This document shows positions 59,386 through 64,000 of a DNA stretch of 64,000 nucleotides, piece by piece. Each line of letters opens with the position of its first letter. Within the stretch, counting starts at the first letter, position 1. Below the pieces are notes generated by a model. That model saw only the letters and a list, made by a program, of their open reading frames with translations. It was not told where the DNA came from and searched no databases. The translations under genes were made by a program, and so were the position numbers. Source of the DNA: Octopus sinensis (taxonomy: Eukaryota); contig NC_043002.1 in assembly GCF_006345805.1 (NCBI RefSeq), positions 17,794,001 to 17,858,000 of the forward strand, in the 5' to 3' direction.

Positions 59386-59569
59386 ATTACTATTATTATT
59401 ATTAGTTTTACCATAAGTTCCAACTGTGCATCCACCTCCCTCGGAGGCAGGGGACATATTCTCTAGGTTTAAGTTATTTAAGTTGTTAGGGTGTTGTTTA
59501 TGTTATTGCTATCGGTGTTAAAGTTTTCCTTGTATACATCCATGATGGGTTGATATACATGTATGCTTG

Positions 59570-59870
59570 TTTGTCCCTTCTCGAGCCACGCCTGGCTCAT
59601 AAGGGCCGGTTTCCCGGTTTCCTTGGCGTATAGGTTCCCCACCTGGACGGGACGCCTGTCCATCGCAGATGAGCTGCAAGATGCAGGAGGAAAGAGTGAG
59701 AAAAAGTTATGGCGAAAGAGTCAGCAGAAGTTTCCCATTACCTTCTGCCGGAGCCGCGTAGAGCTTAGGTGTTTCGCTCATAAACACACACATCGCCCGG
59801 TCTAAGATTCGAACCCGCGATCTCTCGACCGCGAATCCGCTGCTCTAACCACTAGGCCATATGCCTCCAC
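59570..59870 (-). mobile_element. SINE family C, full copy
   Basis: Reverse complement of 57058-57345. Confidence 0.9.
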
Positions 59871-59939
59871 ACATATACATGTATGGCACGAAAGGATTAA
59901 CACCGATAGCAATAACATATTAAGTATGTTATTGCTATC

Positions 59940-60605
59940 GGTGATAAATTAAGTACCAGTTGCGCACGGGGGTCGATGTAATCGACTTAATCCTTTTGCC
60001 CTTGTTTGTCCCCTCTATGCTTAGCCCCCTCGTGGGCAATAAAGGAATAAGAAACGTTAGCACGCCGGGCGAAATGCTTAGCGATATTTCGTCTGTATTC
60101 AAATTCCGCCGAGGTCGACTTTACCTTTCGTCCTTTCGAAGTCGATAAATTAAGTACTTGTTGCATACCGGGTCGAGCTAATCGACTAGCCTCCTCACGC
60201 AATATTTCGGGCCTTGTGCCTAGGGTAGAAAAGGTTATTTCCACTGTAATCAAGGCGGCGAGGTGGCAGAAGCGTTAGCACGCCGGGCGAAATGCTTAGC
60301 GATATTTCGTCTGTCTTTACGTTCTGAGTTCAAATTCCGCCGAGGTCGACTTTGCCTTTCATCCTTCGGTGTCGATAAATTAAGTACCAGTTGCATACTG
60401 GGGTCGATATAATCGACTAGCCCCCTCCCGCAAAATTTCGGCTTTGTGTCTAGAGTAGAAATGATTATTTCTACTGTAATCAATGCGGTAAGCTGGCAGA
60501 AACTTTAGCACGCGATACTTCGTCTGCCTTTACGTTCTGAGTTCAAATTCCGCCGAGGTCGACATTGCCTTTCAGCCTTCGGAGTCGATAAATTAAGTAC
60601 CAGCT
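59940..60605 (+). mobile_element. Cluster of four SINE family A-type units (two tail variants)
   Basis: Units at ~59940, 60050, 60254 and 60484, each with GATAAATTAAGTAC; the middle two carry the alternative tail GACTAGCC..TAGGGTAGAAA. Confidence 0.88.
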
Positions 60606-61439
60606 TGCGTAATTTCGTAGCTATATGTATCAATTTTCTTTGATTCTGAATTACTACTCCTGTAGTCCTCTGTTGGATATTTTATAGTAGTTTTCTAGTA
60701 GTATGACGTTTATACCTTCTTCAATCCTTTCCATTCGTTGTGTAAAAAATCTGCCGATGTCATATTTTCTGCAAGGTAATCAAATTCCAGTCATTGTTTT
60801 TCTTTTTTTAGTGTCCAGTTAAGAATACTGTTATTATAATGTATAACTGGGACAGCTAAAGTAATGATGCCTATTATTATTTACTGTTTTAGTTGTTTTA
60901 AGTGTTAATCTAATTCCCCTATAATATTTTTCCCTTACTTTCGTACGCTATCTAATTCATTCACTGCGAAGTATTCAAATGTATGCGTTTGATCGACTTC
61001 TCTTGTTTCAGTTGTTTTTTTGTTTTTTTTCTATAATGGTCTTATTCTTAGCTTTTCTCACTTCAAGGTTGTTTTTCTGAGCCGAATCTCATATTGATTT
61101 CTTAGGTAAATCCGTGTGCTGATTGAAGATATGTTTCCAGTTGTTTATCATTTGCAATATACAACTTGAAATCGTTCGCATACAAGAGATGACTGATTGT
61201 TTTCCTAAAGCGGTTACTCCATCTTTAGTTCAGTTTAGCAGGTCGGTTAAGGGCGTCAAAGCCAAACAAGAATAGAGTGGAAAGATTTATTGTTCATCGA
61301 ATACCCCTCTTCTATCACTACTTTTTTTCTCTATAGCTGCAGAAATGCTATGTTTTGTGTATTCTTTTGTTGCTGGTGATGATGATGATGATGTTGATGT
61401 TGAACGAAGCGGTCTTCTGTAGTGAGAGAGAAGTCCGAA

Positions 61440-61736
61440 ACGTGGTCCTTTGCTATTCGTAAGACCCACAGAAGAGAAAGCAGGTCAACCCCCGACACCG
61501 AGAGCATCGACGGATGGATGAATGCGCATCCAGGCTCAGCGACTGCCTAGGAAGTCGGGGACAAGAAACAGGAGGAAAGAGCTAGAGATTACAACAGGTG
61601 TGGCCCCCCCTCCGGAGCCTCGTGGACCTTTAGGTGCTTTCGCTCAATAAACACACACAATGCCTGGTCTGGAAATCGAAACCGCCGTCCTCCGACCGCG
61701 AGTCCGCTACCCTAACCATTGGGCCATTGCGCTTCC
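61440..61736 (-). mobile_element. SINE family C variant with a different tail
   Basis: Head at 61640-61736 matches 24780-24848; the tail differs. Confidence 0.8.
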
Positions 61737-61867
61737 TGCAGGTGCTGTCTTTCTCATGGCTAGTAATTCTAGGTTCCACATACGGGGCACGGCATAAGAC
61801 TTGCGTCCGTCAAGTCATTCTATGTTCAGACCTTTCTTTTTCCTTCGGCACTTTATTATTATTATTA

Positions 61868-61911
<44 letters not shown>

Positions 61912-61959
61912 GTTATTATATTCATATACACACGACAGATTAGAATGTTGGAAAAGAAA

Positions 61960-62385
61960 AAAATTATAACATCGGAAAACAACAAGTAACATTAGATGCC
62001 AACAACCCTTCTAAGTATCCTAACTGTTCTAATAACAATGTTTCCCGCAAGTGTACAAAACTGGGTTTTATGCCTGTTTCCTCTATCCATCTGTTCACAT
62101 CATTATGGATAGTTCCCAATTCACCTATAACGACTCGCACTTTCCATAATCTATGTGATTCAATGGCTGGGTCCTGGCGGTTTGCTATTTTTTCTATATC
62201 TCTCATATTGGTTTGTTCATCATTTGCGACTGTAAAGTCAATTATCTGGCACTTTCTATTCTCTTTATCTACTACTGCTAAATGAGGCTTTCTAGTTGCT
62301 ATTACTCTGTCAGTCTGAATGTGAAAGTCCCACAACATCTTATATATCTTAATTTCTAGTACTTCACTATGTTCATGTTCATACG
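61960..62385 (-). mobile_element. R4/Dong-like RLE LINE 3' fragment
   Basis: ORF 62338-61964: LWDFHIQTDR..KPHLAVVDKENRKCQIIDFTV..EKI..LWKVRVVIGELGTI. Confidence 0.88.
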
Positions 62386-62424
62386 ATTTATACCATTACC
62401 TATCTTATTATTATCATTATTGAG

Positions 62425-62510
62425 GACACATGGCCTAGTGGTTAGAGTGTTTCACTCGAGTGATCGTGATTTCAATTCCTAGACCGGCGGTGCTTTGTGT
62501 TCTTGACCAA
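62425..62510 (+). mobile_element. SINE family C-like tRNA head only
   Basis: GGACACATGGCCTAGTGGTTAGAG..TTTCAATTCCTAGACCGGCGG. Confidence 0.65.
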
Positions 62511-62797
62511 ATCAGTTCATTTTCCCTTGCTCTACAACCACATCCATACCTGTCACGTTGTATACTGTGCAGCATTTCAGGCAACGTCGCTTAGACGCTT
62601 CTGTCTTAAATATAAAGATCTCGCCATTGATTGTTCTAAGCATTTTTTCTTCTTTTTAAAACTTGTTAATTTATTCAAGCTATCACCTCGCATATAATGA
62701 AATTTTCTCTCCTCTTCACTTCTTCAAACTATACTTTCAAGCGTCATGACAATCAGGTGGAATAGTTGGAATCTGAATACAAACACCATTATTATCA

Positions 62798-62837
<40 letters not shown>

Positions 62838-62841
<4 letters not shown>

Positions 62842-63142
62842 TAGTTTTATTTTTATAACGTGCTTTCACTTCACTACCGAGCGCAGCTCTGTGTGCCTTG
62901 GGTATGTGCTGTGATTTGTTGTGATGCTCTGATGGTTACTGTATTGAAAGTGTTTTGCGTAGGATGTGTGCAGTGCCTAGTAGTGCAATTTTCTGTATGT
63001 TATATGTGTTTGTAAGTCCTGGAGTTTTTGTTATGTATTTGTCTGAATATTTTTTATCATGCCTAATGATATGAATTGTTTCTGTTTTTAGATTCCACAT
63101 TCTAGTTACCTCTATTTCCAGGTCTTTGTATTTTGAAAGTTT
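62838..63142 (-). mobile_element. R4/Dong-like LINE 3' end with (TAA)n tail
   Basis: KLSKYKDLEIEVTRMWNLKTETI..DKYITKTPGLTNTYNIQKIALLGTAHILRKTLSIQ*. Confidence 0.9.
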
Positions 63143-63156
63143 TATAGTTACCTCTA

Positions 63157-63208
<52 letters not shown>

Positions 63209-64000
63209 GCCAGCAGCAGCAGCTGTCTGATTCTCTGGAAGGTTCTTTTATATGACCCTGTAAACGTATAAACTTTCAGTGCTATAAACTCTGATATTGC
63301 ACTGATTATTTCCCGGTTAGAATGCAAAGTACTTTAAATGTCATGATTCAATGCCGAGGAAAGATTAAGGCCAAAATATGTATGAGTTTGTATAACTTCC
63401 TGGCCAGATAAAATTTTCTTTTTTTGTTTTTATTCTATTTACTTTTTGTCCAACATAATTATCTTTAACTTTTTTACTGATTGACTCTTTGGGTACATTT
63501 TATCTGCAAGTAATATAACAGAACCGAATCCAAATGCACAGCTCTCATGACATGTCAATGCTACTTGTATAATAATAACAGAAGAAAATACTTAGCTTAC
63601 ACCAAACGTTCGGCCATCTTAATATTCTGTGAATATGATGTTTATTAAGAACGGCGATATATAGAGAACTGATGTTTTCAACGTATGCATTATTATATTT
63701 CTTGCACGAAAATATTGTTTCAAACATATAATACAGCAGTAACTGTTTATAGTGTTGATGATGATGTTGCGAAATTGTGATTTACAGATTACGAAGGGAA
63801 AGTTAATGTAAGTTTCGATTCCAGTGGTAGAGTAGTATTAAGGGTATTGCTTCAGAACATTGATATAAAACATGTAAAACGTTCAGCACTTTCAGTCAAT
63901 CACCTTAAAAACAACGCCTCTATACATATTATTTGCAACAATGCATTACATTATATACTATTTCGACAGATCCTATTTCTCTTGTCACATTCATTTAAAT

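Overview
AT-rich, repeat-saturated eukaryotic non-coding DNA. The SINE families and microsatellite content look like an octopus (coleoid cephalopod) genome; that assignment is from recall of the repeats, not a search. No intact host protein-coding gene is recognisable, and most ORF-track entries are microsatellite read-through or antisense frames of transposons. The window holds about 20 tRNA-derived SINE copies from three families, three mariner derivatives, a TA-flanked MITE, a Helitron fragment, RLE-type (R4/Dong-like) LINE ends, two CR1-like ends, an internally deleted RTE, a Tx1/L1 3' end inside a (TATC)n tract, and many Penelope-like element (PLE) pieces. Most notable: (1) a complete-looking 2.25 kb element (about 18605-20854) encodes only a gag/ORF1-like CCHC zinc-knuckle protein and no reverse transcriptase. 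It is inserted with a ~14 bp target-site duplication into a SINE tRNA head, has a structured 3' UTR, and shares a 3'-terminal motif with the Tx1 end at 54.2-54.9 kb. A decayed distant homologue sits at 3.1-4.9 kb. (2) Ten hammerhead-ribozyme folds from about six PLE repeat families are present, including non-canonical cores (GUGAACA with a G3-C8 swap; CUGUNGA), plus an HDV-like fold at the RTE 5' end. (3) Several fold-back inverted duplications occur. All structures were read by eye; nothing was computed or searched.
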